A DNA stretch of 64,000 bases from the human T2T-CHM13v2.0 reference genome, Homo sapiens (GCF_009914755.1 NC_060940.1), one strand, 5' to 3'. Counted from the first letter of the stretch, positions 29,986-51,213 are shown. Translations and numbers: made by a program. Notes: generated from the letters alone by a model not told the origin.

Positions 29986-31726
29986 CTGCAAAGAGAGGTA
30001 ACGAAGGTTTCACAACTAGAGATGCAAAGAGATGCAAAGAGATGCAATGAGGGTTACTCATCACATTCTGAAATTACCATTTCTTTCCTTGTTGGCTTAT
30101 TTGTTTTCTGCATACCTCATTAGAATGTAAGCTCTTTGAAACCAGGGACCTTGTCTGTCCTGTTCACAAATGTGTCTTTGGATCTAGAAGAGTGCCCAGC
30201 ACATAGTGTGACTCTTTCCTATTCAAGATTCATCCAGGAAACTAACGACATGGAAAATGAAACCCAACGAAAATTAAGAAAATGCAAACATTGTAATAGT
30301 TATGTTTGCAGAACATCAGTCGCTCATCCCAAGCAAACGAGCTCGAGCTCAGCCACACATTAGCTTGGGCCTCCTTCCAGTTCCATGGGGCCCATCTCCA
30401 CTTCCTGGACTGACCAGGGGAATTCCCTCCAGAACCTTCCTTGGCAGTCCCGGAAGCATTCCCTGGACTCCCAATTCTCTTTCCGGAAGAAAATGGAGCT
30501 GGAGTTTATTCACTCTAATTGGTGTAAGACCATCATTGTAGTCAGGATGGAAACCAGGACATGACTGGGAATAAAATAGAGAGGAAACAGCAGATGCTTC
30601 CAGCCCTGTGTTTTCCCAATCCCCAGAGGCAAAGGTCAGGATGACAAATTTGGTTTGGACGTGGGTTGTTTGCGTATGGTGAAACAGACTGTGAACAGGA
30701 GGGGAGCCACTGGAGCGGGGTAACCTGTATCATGGGCTTTCTGGAGGAGCTGATTTATTTCCATGTTCTTATGCAGCAGGGTCTAGTGTCCAAGATCAGA
30801 AGGTACATCAGTGGTTAAGGAAGTGTCCAGGGCAAGGAGCCAGAAGCACCTGCCAGCTGGGCCCTAAAGAAGTTTAAGTGATTAGATCTTACTCCTCCTG
30901 TACCTCGCCCTGTGCTATTTAACTTTCTCTGCTCTTAGGTTTATTTCCTTCTGTTAGTTTCAGTAGCTTCAGGAGGGCATCTTGTTGCCTGAAGAATCCC
31001 CACATCTCAGTACCTGGCCTTCTCCTCAATTTCAGAAGCTAGGATGATCCTCTCACCTTGATCTTTGCATTAGTCCTAATATCTGACAAGAATATTCTCC
31101 TCCCACCTCCTTGCAGAGCTGGTTCATTCTTGACATTCAGGACTCTACTCAAATGCCACCTCCTCAGAGTAACCTTCCCAGATCCCCTCTCTCCATACCA
31201 CCTTCTGCATATTTTCCTAATCTACTTCCTTTACTCATCACATTCTGAAATTGCCATTTCTTTCCTTGTTGGCTTATTTGTTTTCTGCATACCTCATTGA
31301 ATGTAAGCTCTTTGAAACCAGGGACCTTGTCTGTCATGTTCACAGATGTGTCCTTGGGTCTAGAAGAGTGCCCAGCACATAGTATATGCATAACAAATAT
31401 TCAATGGATCAATGAATGAAGTACATGCAGAGTCTGTCAAAAAAGGAGCTAGGAAAGCCACACAGTCACGAAAGACTTCACATTTAAATTCTTGGTGTTC
31501 TCCAAAGTAGGCTGACACATCCCATCACAGAGATACAGTGACAGGATTGAAAGAGGGTTTTCATCAAGCAGGCAGGTTAAACTTGGGCCTATTCCCACAC
31601 CACACCACATCTTCTATAGAGCAGCATTAATTTGTGTTTTAAAAACTAAATCCAGCCATTATTATGTGAACAGAACATTTATATAGTATTGTTTATTGTG
31701 GTTGTTGGGGCACATGTATGTATTAG

Positions 31727-31857
31727 GCCATTGATGCCTAGTGTTCCATTATGGGAATGCTAAGCATGTGAAAGTTATTTATATCCTACTGCTCAAGGTC
31801 ATCACCGAGGTCTGATTGCAAAAATCCAAAAAAATTGCAACCTCCGGCATAAGTGGG
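31727..31857 (+). mobile_element. MER85 piggyBac (PGBD3-derived) MITE
   Basis: Near-consensus body incl. TIRs (gccattgatgcct / cggcataagtggg), internal palindrome gttccattatgggaa, flanks ttag/ttaa (TTAA target). Confidence 0.9.
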
Positions 31858-33463
31858 TTAAAATTATTAAACATTAGTGTTTTAAAAATATACCATAAAG
31901 TTTGTAAGCTGGTTTTAGAAGTTCTTTGTTAAAACTCTGGAAGCCTGAATGAATGCAGCCCCTCCCCTCTTACCCTTGGAGAGACCCTTGATGAAAAGGT
32001 AAGCGCTTGGGAATCTGGGCCACATATGTTTTATCTCTGTACCACCCTCAGAATCTGTCACAAGGTAGGGCACATTGTACATATCCAGAGAAGTGAATGA
32101 GACCCTCATTATAGCCAGGATCTTCAGCTACTGGCTCAACCTCTCTCCAGGCCCTGGTGGCTTAGGCCCCAACCTAGGATAATCCTTCTCAACTGTTTTT
32201 CCTTAAATCTTCATGTCCAATCCATCAGCATATTCTCTTGAAGCTACAATCAAACATAGCTTGACAGCAACTGCTCCTAGTCTAAGTCATCACTTCTTGC
32301 CTGGACAACTGCAACCACCTCCTGACTGGCCTCCCTGCTTTTGATCTTAAATCCTTACGTTCCATTCTCCACATAGCAGTCAAAATTAACTTTTGAAAAT
32401 ATAAGCTAGATAATGTTATTCCTCAACTTGATCTCTCCCATGGCTTCCGTCAGGTTTAGAGTAAGACCCAAACTCCTTACCAGAGCCTACAGAGCCCTCT
32501 ATAATCTGACTCTGCCCACCTTATTGCAACTGAAATCACTAGGTCCCAAGCTCAGACATTCCAGGAACAGGTTCCTCAAACACCCTAAATTCATTCTAGC
32601 CACAGGGTCTTTGCAAGTGCTGCTTTTTCTGCCTACAACAGTGCCCTTGGCCCCCACCCCCTAATCTTTGCATTGATTTATGCTTTCTCATACTGCAGGG
32701 CTCAGTTCAAATGTCGTCTTTTCAGAGACCTTCCCTGACCATCTAAAAGGCTTATTACTATCCAGAAATATTTTCCTTATTTCTTTCCTTGCTTATTGTT
32801 TGTTTTTCCCACTAGAATGTCAGCTTCATGAAAGCAGAAATCTTGTCTGTCTGATTCCCTGATGTATTCCCCATTACCTAGAATAGTGTCCAGCACATCA
32901 TAGGTGTTCAAAAAATATTTTTAGTGAATGGTTATTGAAATGAATATTAAGCAATGTGAAAATGATGTTCAGTGAATGAATGAAAGAAGGTGGGATCCTG
33001 TCAGACAAAGAGCTTTAGGCAGGAGCTTCTAAGTTTCTATATTTGTGTCTCTCCCACAGCACCTAGTAACCTGATTTCTCTTTCCCTTATCTGTTGCACA
33101 CATATAAACACACAGTTCTGTCTGCCCTACCTCATACTCAGATGTCTATGGGTCTGTTCCCCTGGCTGAGAGATGCTTGAGAGTAGGACCTTGTTTTGGG
33201 ACCTGTCTACCCTTCTGCAATTAGCTCAGGGCCTGGCACTGAGAAGTCGCTTAACAAATAACTCTTGATATGAATGGACTTTCAACTCCTTCTGGAATTC
33301 TGAAAGCACTGCTGGACTTCACATTGGAGAAAATGTTCCACCTGCAACCTAAGGCCAAACCCAAGTCAAATCTCAACATGCAGAAATGGTCAAATCCAAA
33401 ACAATTCAAGCAAAAAAAAACAAAAAAAAGATAATATTATCGGATTAGAATCCATAAAAACTA

Positions 33464-33767
<304 letters not shown>

Positions 33768-33890
33768 CCATAAAAACTAAATATCTGTAAGACCATACTA
33801 ACATTAAAAAGTAATTGAGTAAGTAAATAAATGGGGGAGATGGAACAGCTCTTTCTTATAGTAGAATTCTAAATAATAAATGTAAAATTA

Positions 33891-35576
<1,686 letters not shown>

Positions 35577-35703
35577 ATAAATATGAAATTATCTCCTTAC
35601 ATAATACTTACTAATTACAAAGAGAAAAATAGTAACTTACAGTGAAAAAATCTGGCAGATACCACCTTCACCAAGTAGTCAAGATTCAAATCGTCATTAA
35701 TAA

Positions 35704-36043
<340 letters not shown>

Positions 36044-36149
36044 CACAACATCTCTTTCATGGTATTTGGCCCCAAAATGCATATCATTGATCTAATCGTG
36101 AGAAACAGTAGATAAACTCCAATTGAATGAACTTCTACAAAATAACTGA

Positions 36150-37893
<1,744 letters not shown>

Positions 37894-37926
37894 AAAAGTA
37901 TCAAGGTTGTAAAAAAAAAAAAAATT

Positions 37927-38262
<336 letters not shown>

Positions 38263-38424
38263 CTAGGAGATTTCATAACAAAACACCTAGGAGATTTCAC
38301 AACAGGATCCTGGATATTGGATCCTGGACCAGATCCAATGAAGGACATTAGTGGGAAAACTGGCAAAATTTGGGTAAGGCCTATAGGTTAAACGATAATA
38401 ATGTTAATTTCCTGGTTTTGATCA

Positions 38425-38847
<423 letters not shown>

Positions 38848-38949
38848 TTAAAAACACTTCAAGTATATGTAAAAAATCGAAGAAAACGTTAAAAACACTT
38901 CAAGTATATACAATTCAAATAAGATCATCCTTCCAAATATACTCTGTAA

Positions 38950-39560
38950 GTGAGGCGAAGGTCGCTGCACGCTTGAGTGCACGTCTTTCCGCATAGGTAG
39001 GACGCTCAAGTCTTACCGGGAGGCTCTCCTAGAGAGCAGCGCGAAGCCATGGCTTTTGGGCCCGGGGACGGACCGTAGCGCGTAGCCGGAAGCGGAGGCG
39101 TGGAGGCGGGTCTGAGGTTTGGTGACTGCGGGGCAGGCCGGGGGCAGCTGTCTGTCTGGCTCTTTTTGACAGCCCCCAGTGCGAAAGGCTGCCAGCATGT
39201 CATCAGTGAGCCCCATCCAGATCCCCAGTCGCCTCCCGCTGCTGCTCACCCACGAGGGCGTCCTGCTGCCCGGCTCCACCATGCGCACCAGCGTGGACTC
39301 GGCCCGCAACCTGCAGCTGGTGCGGAGCCGCCTTCTGAAGGGCACGTCGCTGCAAAGCACCATCCTGGGCGTCATCCCCAACACGCCTGACCCCGCCAGC
39401 GACGCGCAGGACCTGCCGCCGCTGCACAGGTAGGCCTGGCTGCCCCCGCGGCGGCGGCGGGCGGCGCGGCCTCCTCCGGGGACCTGGGCCCAGGCCACGG
39501 CCTGCCTTGAGCGCGAGGCTCAGTTCGGGGCGGCCTTCGCGGCTCGGTTCCGCCTCTCTG
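38950..39560. promoter_or_regulatory. LONP2: CpG island / LONP2 promoter and exon 1
   Basis: Abrupt high GC and CpG density; ETS-type CCGGAAGC at 39086-39093; GC boxes; no obvious TATA. Confidence 0.9.
39197..39429 (+). CDS. LONP2: LONP2 coding exon 1 (c.1-233), Lon N-terminal domain: MSSVSPIQIPSRLPLLLTHEGVLLPG...DLPPLH(R)
   Basis: gccagcATGT start; CAC AG|gtaggc donor; LON domain motif LPLL...VLLPG. Confidence 0.97.
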
Positions 39561-40342
39561 GTGCTATCACTTGCAAAATGGGGATGTCAGATACCTGCCC
39601 CATGACCATGAATGAGATCGTTCATGAAGTAGTGCCTGACACCTGGTGAAACTACGCAGTTCCCTACCGTTCTGGATAATTTAATTTGAATCCTCTTCCC
39701 CCTCTCCGCAATTCCTCGCCCTCGGTCTTCAGCCTCCTAGGCCAGTGCTTTTAACTTTCCAGGCCCTTTCTTTCTCCCCGGTGATCTCTGCCTTCACTTG
39801 CCTTCGCTTTTCACCTTTCTCCCCACTGCCCTTTACTCCTATCCGCCTCCCCTTTTCTGTCACCCATCATTTTTGTCCGCTGAGGCATTCTCTGCTCCGT
39901 GAGTTTTAACTTTTCCTGTTTCATTCCTAAACTGCACTATTTGTGGGTGCCTTTCTTCTATACTCCCTGCCACCCTTCTCCTTCTCCCCCTAATCCTTCT
40001 GTTTCCCTTTGTAAAGGGCCTTTACTGCTCACATTTTCGCTGGTCCCCCTTTCTGGAACTTTCCTAGCTTCTCACCTCTGCTCCTTCACTCATAACATTT
40101 CTTAGGCCCCAGGCTTACTACTATATTGCCCAGTACCCTCGCCCTATTGGTGTGACTTTGGGTGAGAGCTTTAACCTCTATTTCTTTTATTCTGCAATTT
40201 GGAAACTGACAGCATCCATCTCTTAGGCAAGTTATGAAGAATAAATTGAATAATGTGTATATTCCACTTTGCACCATGCATGATGGATGACTTTGCTGTC
40301 CAGTACTGTGTAGTGCATGTGGCTCGTCAAATTGAGATGATA

Positions 40343-40648
40343 GAATTGCCAGTTGTCCTGGTTTGCTGCGATTGTCTGTTTTAGCATTGAAAGTCCTATG
40401 TTTTAGCCCCTCCGTCCCAGGGAAACCAGGAGGTTGGTCACCCTAAATGTGCTGTAAGTGTACAATACACGCCAGATTTTGAAAAAACTTTTTGATTAAT
40501 ACATTTTATATGGATTAAATGTTGGAAAGGTAATATTTTGAGTACTTGGGGTTAATAAAATGTTAAGATTTCTGCTGTTTTTACTTTATAATGTGGCCAC
40601 TAAAATTTTATATGTGGTCCACATTATATTTTTATTGGACAATGCTGG
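40343..40648. mobile_element. Old hAT DNA-transposon relics (Blackjack-type MITE ending TGGTCACCCT next to a MER33/MER3-like fragment)
   Basis: Terminal motifs ttggtcacccta and tattggacaatgctg. Confidence 0.5.
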
Positions 40649-41819
40649 TATATCGTATGCTCTCAACAAGTATCTTCAAACTCACCTGCCAAGCACCCGC
40701 CTCCTATTCCTAACTCTACTGGAGGTGTTGTGTTTTCAGTTTAGAGCTTCTCCTTTCCTGGCAGTTATCCCTTATTTTTAAATTAGGGGTTCCTGACTCT
40801 GAATGGATTTCCGGAGGGTTGGACATGTCTTATTTTTCCTCAAAATCTTGTGACTATGTACATTTTTTTAGGAGAATCCTTTGCTTTCTTCAGATTCTCA
40901 AAGGAGACTGGTACCTCCCCCCACCCCCGTTAAAAGAAAGCAAAACAAAGCAACAAAGACCAACAAACCTTCCACAGCAGCCCAGTATTCATTTATATTG
41001 TAAAAGCCTTGATTTTCTCAAGCATGGAAAATATTTTGGCTCCCATCTGACCTGCTTTGGTTATTGCCTGAGTGGAATTGGTCACATTCCAAGTTTCAGT
41101 ACTCTTTGATAAATTGTATTGGATTCTAGTTTCCCAACATACGACTCTGCTCCTTCTGCTTACTTTTCCCAAATTATTTTGCCTTCTGTGCCCAGGCACA
41201 CTTAGTTCCCTGTCTAGGCAAGAGTGGTCATTATTAGACTTCATTTTCTTTCTACTGTGCATATGTATTGATTAGCCATGGGCACATTGTGAACTTGAAA
41301 AGTCGATTTAGTCACATTTTAAGTTTCACTATTTGTTGGTATTATTCTGGCAAGATTTTGGAAGGTTTTTATTATTTATTCATTTGTGTATTTTTTGAGA
41401 CAGAGTCTCATTCTGTCTCCTCCGCTGAAGTGCAGTGGCGTGATCGTAGCCCACCGCAACCTTGATTGAACTCCTGGGCTCAAGTGATCGTCCTGCCTCA
41501 GCTTCTGGAGTGGCTGGGACTATAGGCGTGCACCACTACACCCAGCTAATTTTTAAATTTTTTGTAGAAATGGGGTCTCACTATGTTGCTTAGGCTGGTC
41601 TCAAACTCCTGGACTCAAGCTATCCCCTGCTTTGGCCTCTGGAGTAGCTGGGACTATAGGCAAGCGCCACCATACCCTTCAGGTTTTTAATTTATTTTAT
41701 GAAAATCCCTCCAAAGCAACAATCCTCAATTCTCCTGCTTGAAAGTAATCACTAATAATCAGGTACTGTGTGATCTGATCCTTGATGTTCATATTATTGC
41801 CTTTAACTGAGTAGCAATG

Positions 41820-42737
41820 TTAAAATTTAATCATTTAAATTAGAAAACATATATTGAAAAGTCTTCATAGAAGTCCGGCATTATAAGAACTCATCAGACC
41901 ATCTAGTTATCCTAGAAGTATTGTTTGCTACTTAAAAAGCCTATGTGGAAAGATTGTACCATATTCCTTGGTAATAGTTTCCAATGTCTTTTTTTCTCTA
42001 ATAGGGCCTTTAAAACACTCTACTTAAAAAAAAAAAAAAAAAAAGGCTTTAACAATACCAATACTGAGTAATCCATAGCATTAGCCTGTTTCCACGCACA
42101 AGTCTGTCCTTCCCCAGTTACCTGCTTTTCTGTATGGTAGCCCAGAGGCCAGAAGAGGGGCTCTGTTCCTTTCTCTTGTTTCCTTTGCGCTATCCAGGTG
42201 ACGCTGGCACAGCCTTCAAAGAGCAGCAGAAGTAATTTGCTCCCAGCGTTCTTTGCCACATAGAGTGGCAGGGTTAAATGATTTAAAATTTAATCATTTA
42301 AATTAGAAAACATAGATTGAAAAGTCTTCATAGAATTCCAGCATTAAAAGAACTCATCAGACCATCTAGTTATCCTAGAAGTATTGTTTGCTACTTCAAA
42401 AGCCTATGTGGAAAGATTGTACGATATTCCTTGGTAATAGTTTCGAATGTCTTTTTTTCTCTAATATGGCTTTTAAAGCACTCTACTTAAAAAAAAAAAA
42501 AGCTTTAATAATACCAATACCGAGTTATCCACAGTATTAGTCTGTTTCCATGCACAAATCTGTCCTTCCCCAGTTACCTGCTTTTCTGTATGGTAGCCCA
42601 GAGGTGAGATGAGGGGCTCTGTTCCTGTCTCTTGTTTCCTTTACACCATCCAGGTGACACTGGCTGCAGCCTTCAAGGAGCAGCAGAAGTAATTTGCTCC
42701 CAGCGTTCTTTGCCACACAGAGTGGCAGGATTAGATG
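41820..42737. repeat. Tandem duplication, 2 x ~460 bp (period ~463)
   Basis: Copy 1 ~41820-42280 and copy 2 ~42283-42737 align end to end with scattered substitutions; also visible as twin ORFs 42020..42259 and 42537..42794. Confidence 0.97.
42122..42350 (-). other. ABCC11: Candidate distal non-coding first exon of ABCC11 inside LONP2 intron 1 (5' end approximate)
   Basis: Minus-strand donor AAAGCAG|gtaact at 42122/42121; consistent with my recollection that the longest ABCC11 transcripts start within LONP2 intron 1; the TSS cannot be determined from sequence. Confidence 0.5.
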
Positions 42738-43399
42738 TTGACTTACCTCTGCCACTTCCTTGGTGGTTTTGAGTAGTACAGTCCCTTTCTGCACGTTAGT
42801 GTGCAGGCATGTTGCCTGCAGGAGCCTTTTTAAAGGAGGAGCTTTGGACTTGTCCTGCAGTATAGAACTTGGCTGGCATGCTGACCCAGGGCACCCTGCA
42901 TTTTTCTGCTTAGTAGAACTGCATTTTTAGTGCTTCCTGAGTGACCCATTGTTTTCTTAGTGAAAAGGGGTCATAATTTAGTACTACCTGTACAATATCC
43001 TTTCAAGCATTTCAAGATGGTCATCCAGCTTTCTTCCAAATTTACACTTTTCAGGGTACATGGCTTCATTTCCTCATAGTGCCGACTTCTCAGTCTCCCT
43101 CACCAGGCTGGTGTCAAACTTGTGAGCTCAAGTGATCCTCCTGCCTCTGTCTCCCAAAGTGTTAGGATTACAGGCGTGAGCCACCATGCCTGGCCTATGT
43201 TTATAATTCTTGTAGGTAGAAGTGGTACCTATTGTCCATTGTAATGAGAAAAAAGTAAAATTTGTCTTAAAATATAATTAAGGAACTCAATTTATTAAAT
43301 TTAAATTTATCCTTTAAATTTTAAATTTAAATTTATTTCTTAAATTTATTTCTATTACATTTTCTTGTAACCATGTACACCTAAGTTGTTCTACTTTAA

Positions 43400-45778
<2,379 letters not shown>

Positions 45779-47395
45779 TTAGCATCACCTTTTAGCAATG
45801 ACATAGCCCAAATAATTAAATTTGTCTCCTGATCGGAGATTTGGATTTGTCTCATCTCTCTTTCTGGTTCCTCCTTGGTTTCTACTTTGTAAACCCTTTA
45901 GGCCGGGGATCCAGTTTCTTGTCTGTGGATGTTTTATATACAAACAGGACTGTGAGCTCTTTCAGCATTGTACAAACAGTGATGAATATCATCTGCAATT
46001 AATTATGTTTAAGTTATTCTCTAATCAGTTTAGAGGTGGCTCACTTCCTCAGGCAATCTGAGTGGGCTTTCAGGAAGTGGGAAATATTATCTACTATTGA
46101 TTGAAGAAAAGCAGCCACAACACAAATAAGTCAAAATAATAGCTAATTGCTAAATAATTTCAAGTTTTTTATGTATGTGATTTTTTTCCCTCACCAATTT
46201 ATCTTCTCAGTTGTTTGGCTTATTATTTAAATCAGTTTTTATTGTAAACATGGTAATGACTGAAAGGTAAGAAAAGGATAGACGTAGTTCAGAATAAACT
46301 GAGTGGCAGAAAGAAGCCAAAGGCTATGTGTAATCTACGGAATGAGTAATTTATAAGGAAGTAATCAAGAATTCACTGTGTATAGAAGTAAGCAAGTTCA
46401 CTCACATAGTCACATACTGTATTACATGATTTATTATCTTTGAGATGGGCAGGTGTGGTGTTCTTCTATTACCGCTTTCCTAGGGTGTTGAGAGTTCTAG
46501 TCCTTCTATTTTCTTTTCTGGAATTACCACTTTTCCTATGGCTGAAGGGAGAAAATATTATTTATTTTGGGATCTGGAATTGTCTTCTCAATGTTGATTT
46601 TTGTATTTTATATAACTGACTTAGTTTGGATGAGGCTTCCTTTCTGTGAATTAAATTTATATGTGACTTGATCAGAGTTGTATTTGCTGATGAGGAGCTG
46701 AGACTTGAAGCCTTTTCACCTATTGTTAGGTAAAACGATTACCACTTAGAACTAGGTTGAGACCTTTTGAGATGTGGGTCTTTCTTTAGCTCTCCTCAGT
46801 CTATGGCAGTGTGTGGACTGTAATATTTAGCCCTCACACTTAGAAATTCAGTGTTAAGGGCATATATATAAGTTCCCAGTATGTGATGGCAGCTTGTGAT
46901 AAGGTGGGTATGTGGAAGTTTCATAGACTGATTATGTAAGAAAACTGACTTGATGTTAGTAGCACAACTGGTGTTGGAACGGAGATTTCTTAGATTGGTT
47001 TATGCTATTTATATTTAAATGTATTTAAATTGATAATATTTATCCTGGTATAAGATTGCCTTATTCTTAGTTGACAATGTTAATTTAAGATATGTAATTC
47101 TCAGCTGCTTTTCTCTTACATTTTTACGCTTGAATAATCCAAGTGTTTACAAATTCCTACCTAATTTTTTAAAAGAGGTGCAGATTATAGTGAGATGGTC
47201 TGCTTTGCCATATAGCTGAGGGTAGTGGCAGAAGAGGCCACATACTGGATGCTAAGTTAAATAGAGAAAAAATTTATTTACACTTCAGATGTCTTTTGCT
47301 TAATGAATGTATCAGAAAAGCCAACACTTTCTGAAGTGAGTTTCTGTTCTACCGTATTGAATGTTTGTAATACCGATGTTTTGTGTGTTTTTCAG

Positions 47396-47630
47396 GATTG
47401 GCACAGCTGCACTGGCCGTTCAGGTTGTGGGCAGTAACTGGCCCAAGCCCCACTACACTCTGTTGATTACAGGCCTATGCCGTTTCCAGATTGTACAGGT
47501 CTTAAAAGAGAAGCCATATCCCATTGCTGAAGTGGAGCAGTTGGACCGACTTGAGGAGTTTCCCAACACCTGTAAAATGAGGGAGGAGCTAGGAGAACTA
47601 TCAGAGCAGTTTTACAAATATGCAGTACAA
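47396..47630 (+). CDS. LONP2: LONP2 coding exon 2 (c.234-468): IGTAALAVQVVG...LLITGLCRFQI...KYAVQ
   Basis: ttcag|G ATT ... CAA|gtaagt; LON domain motifs IGT.A and G..RF.I. Confidence 0.97.
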
Positions 47631-48452
47631 GTAAGTTGCTTTTATTTTTTCTTAAAACCCATTTTTCTTTGGTTCTTTTGCTTTCCTAAGATATGGTGAA
47701 TCTGTTGGATAGTGAAGTTTTAGGACAGTATACATTTAAATGAGTTAGTAACATTATATATTAATTCTGATTTACTCTTATCTGGGGTTGTACCTAAATC
47801 ATTCCAGGACATATTGGCCTACCCTTTCTAAAGTTTTCCAAATGTTATTTCTACAGCTTTCCTTCTAACTTCTACTGTCTCTAAACTAGATAATTATTAA
47901 ACCTAAATATTTAAAGCTAAAAAACGAAATACTGCACAGAAGCTGTCTGTCACTAAAATATCTAGGCACCATTTATATAAATTACAATATATTACTTCAA
48001 AAGTCAAGATCACATTGTCTAGCAGTAACTATGGTAGATCAAGCCTGTGGTGGGCTGATTTCAAGTATGGTTAAAACCTTGATTAACTAGAATGCTGGGA
48101 AGGAAGCACATTTTAGATATGCATTAAATATTTGACTCTTTAATTCTAGTTCTTTTTGGTTAACTCTAGATAGAACAGAAAGCTCCTATTCCCACCCCAT
48201 TTTGTTTCAAACCTTAATGAAACATAAAATTATAAAGTATAGTCTTCTACTTTTCTATTAGTTTAATCCAGTGACTATAACTAGATCTATGAGGATCAGA
48301 TAATGTTTAAAAGTCACAATTATAAATACTACTGATCATTGAAATATGTGTGGGGCAAGTGTTCATAGCCAGTGGTATTTGTATCTGATGTGGCATTTGA
48401 AGAGCCATACTTACAGTGTAATGAACAATAACAGAAAAATAGTAAATTTGAG

Positions 48453-49905
<1,453 letters not shown>

Positions 49906-50857
49906 TAAAATTGAATCTATGCTTTCCCAACAGCTGTAGGCTGTTAGCGCTCATCTCTGTGTGCCTTCACAGTCTGTCATACATGTCATTTAACATAATG
50001 CTTATCACATTGTATTGAAATGTATCTTATAGGTATTTTTTCTCTACCAAACTTGAATTCACTTTTCTCCTTTAGCCATCCTGTACTGAGCAGTGTTTTG
50101 GGTCTGGCAAATAGTTTGTACTCAGTAAATGTTTGGAAAATGAGTTTTAACTGTTTTATTTTCGTGGGGTGAATTCCTAGTAGCAAGGGTATTCAAATTT
50201 TATTATCTACTTCTTCCACCTGAACAGCTTCATCGTAATTATACTTTAATTCCCTTCATTCTAGGCAGGTAATGGATAAGTTCCAAAATTACGATGTTGT
50301 TGGAGAGGTTTGAATATTACTAGCACATGAAATCTGATTTGAACTGACTAAATGAAGGTTTAGTACATCATTATGAATTAGTGTGAACTAAGTTTTGCTA
50401 TGTTAACTTCTCTGAAATCTCAGTCGCATAATGTGAGTGTCTTTCTGGCTCATGCTTCATGCCTGAGACTAGTGGGGGTTGTGTCTGCCTATTAAAGTCA
50501 CTCGGACCCAGGTGGATTGGAGATTCATCTAAAGACATGCTTCCCTTATCTCTAAGGCAGGAAAAGGAAATGGGGCGCATCTCTCATTGGCTTGTAATGC
50601 TTCTGCCCAGAAGGAGCTGTCACTTCCACTACGTTTCATGGATCAATTTAAGACTCATAGACACACCTATTAGTATATTCGAAGGAAGTTAGAAAGAGCA
50701 GTGCCCAGAAGAAAAGGGGAGTTTGTCAGTAGCCCTAATGACTATCACAGTTACTGAAAGTGTGCCTTGGGCATAATCTATCTTAACTCCCAGATATACG
50801 CTGACAGTTGTTTTTCTAAAAGTCATTCACAGTGCTCAGATTCTAGTTAGTCCAAAT

Positions 50858-51213
50858 TGATATGGTTTGGCTGTGTCCCCACCCAAATATCACCTTGAGT
50901 TGTAATAATTCCCATGTGTCAGGGGGCGGTGCCAGGTGTAGATAATTGAATTATGGGGGCGGTTCCCCCATACTGTTCTCTTGGTGGTGAATAAGTCTCA
51001 CAAGATCAGATGGTTATATAAATGATAGTTCCCCTGCACACGCTGTCTTGCCTGCTACCATGTAAGACAGGCCTTTGCTTCTCCTTTGCCTTCCTCCATG
51101 ATTGTGAGGCCTCCCCAGCCATGTGGAACTGTGAGTCCATTAAACCTCTGTCTTTTATAAATTACCCAGTCTCTGGTATGTCTTTATTAGCAGTGTGAGA
51201 ACAGACTAATACA
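50858..51213 (+). mobile_element. THE1 MaLR solo LTR
   Basis: TGATATGGTTTGGCTGTGTCCCC...CAGACTAATACA. Confidence 0.9.

Noticed and set aside
39013-39498. 161-aa minus-strand ORF over LONP2 exon 1
   Set aside because: Shadow ORF of a GC-rich coding exon in a CpG island; no independent evidence
42020-42794. Two similar ORFs (AKNAGSKLLLLL...) suggesting a small paralogous gene pair
   Set aside because: Similarity follows from the DNA tandem duplication; the frames diverge and there is no coding signature
42802-42820. Perfect 8-3-8 palindrome tgcaggca-tgt-tgcctgca with a p53-like half site
   Set aside because: Single imperfect half site; such a palindrome is plausible by chance in 64 kb
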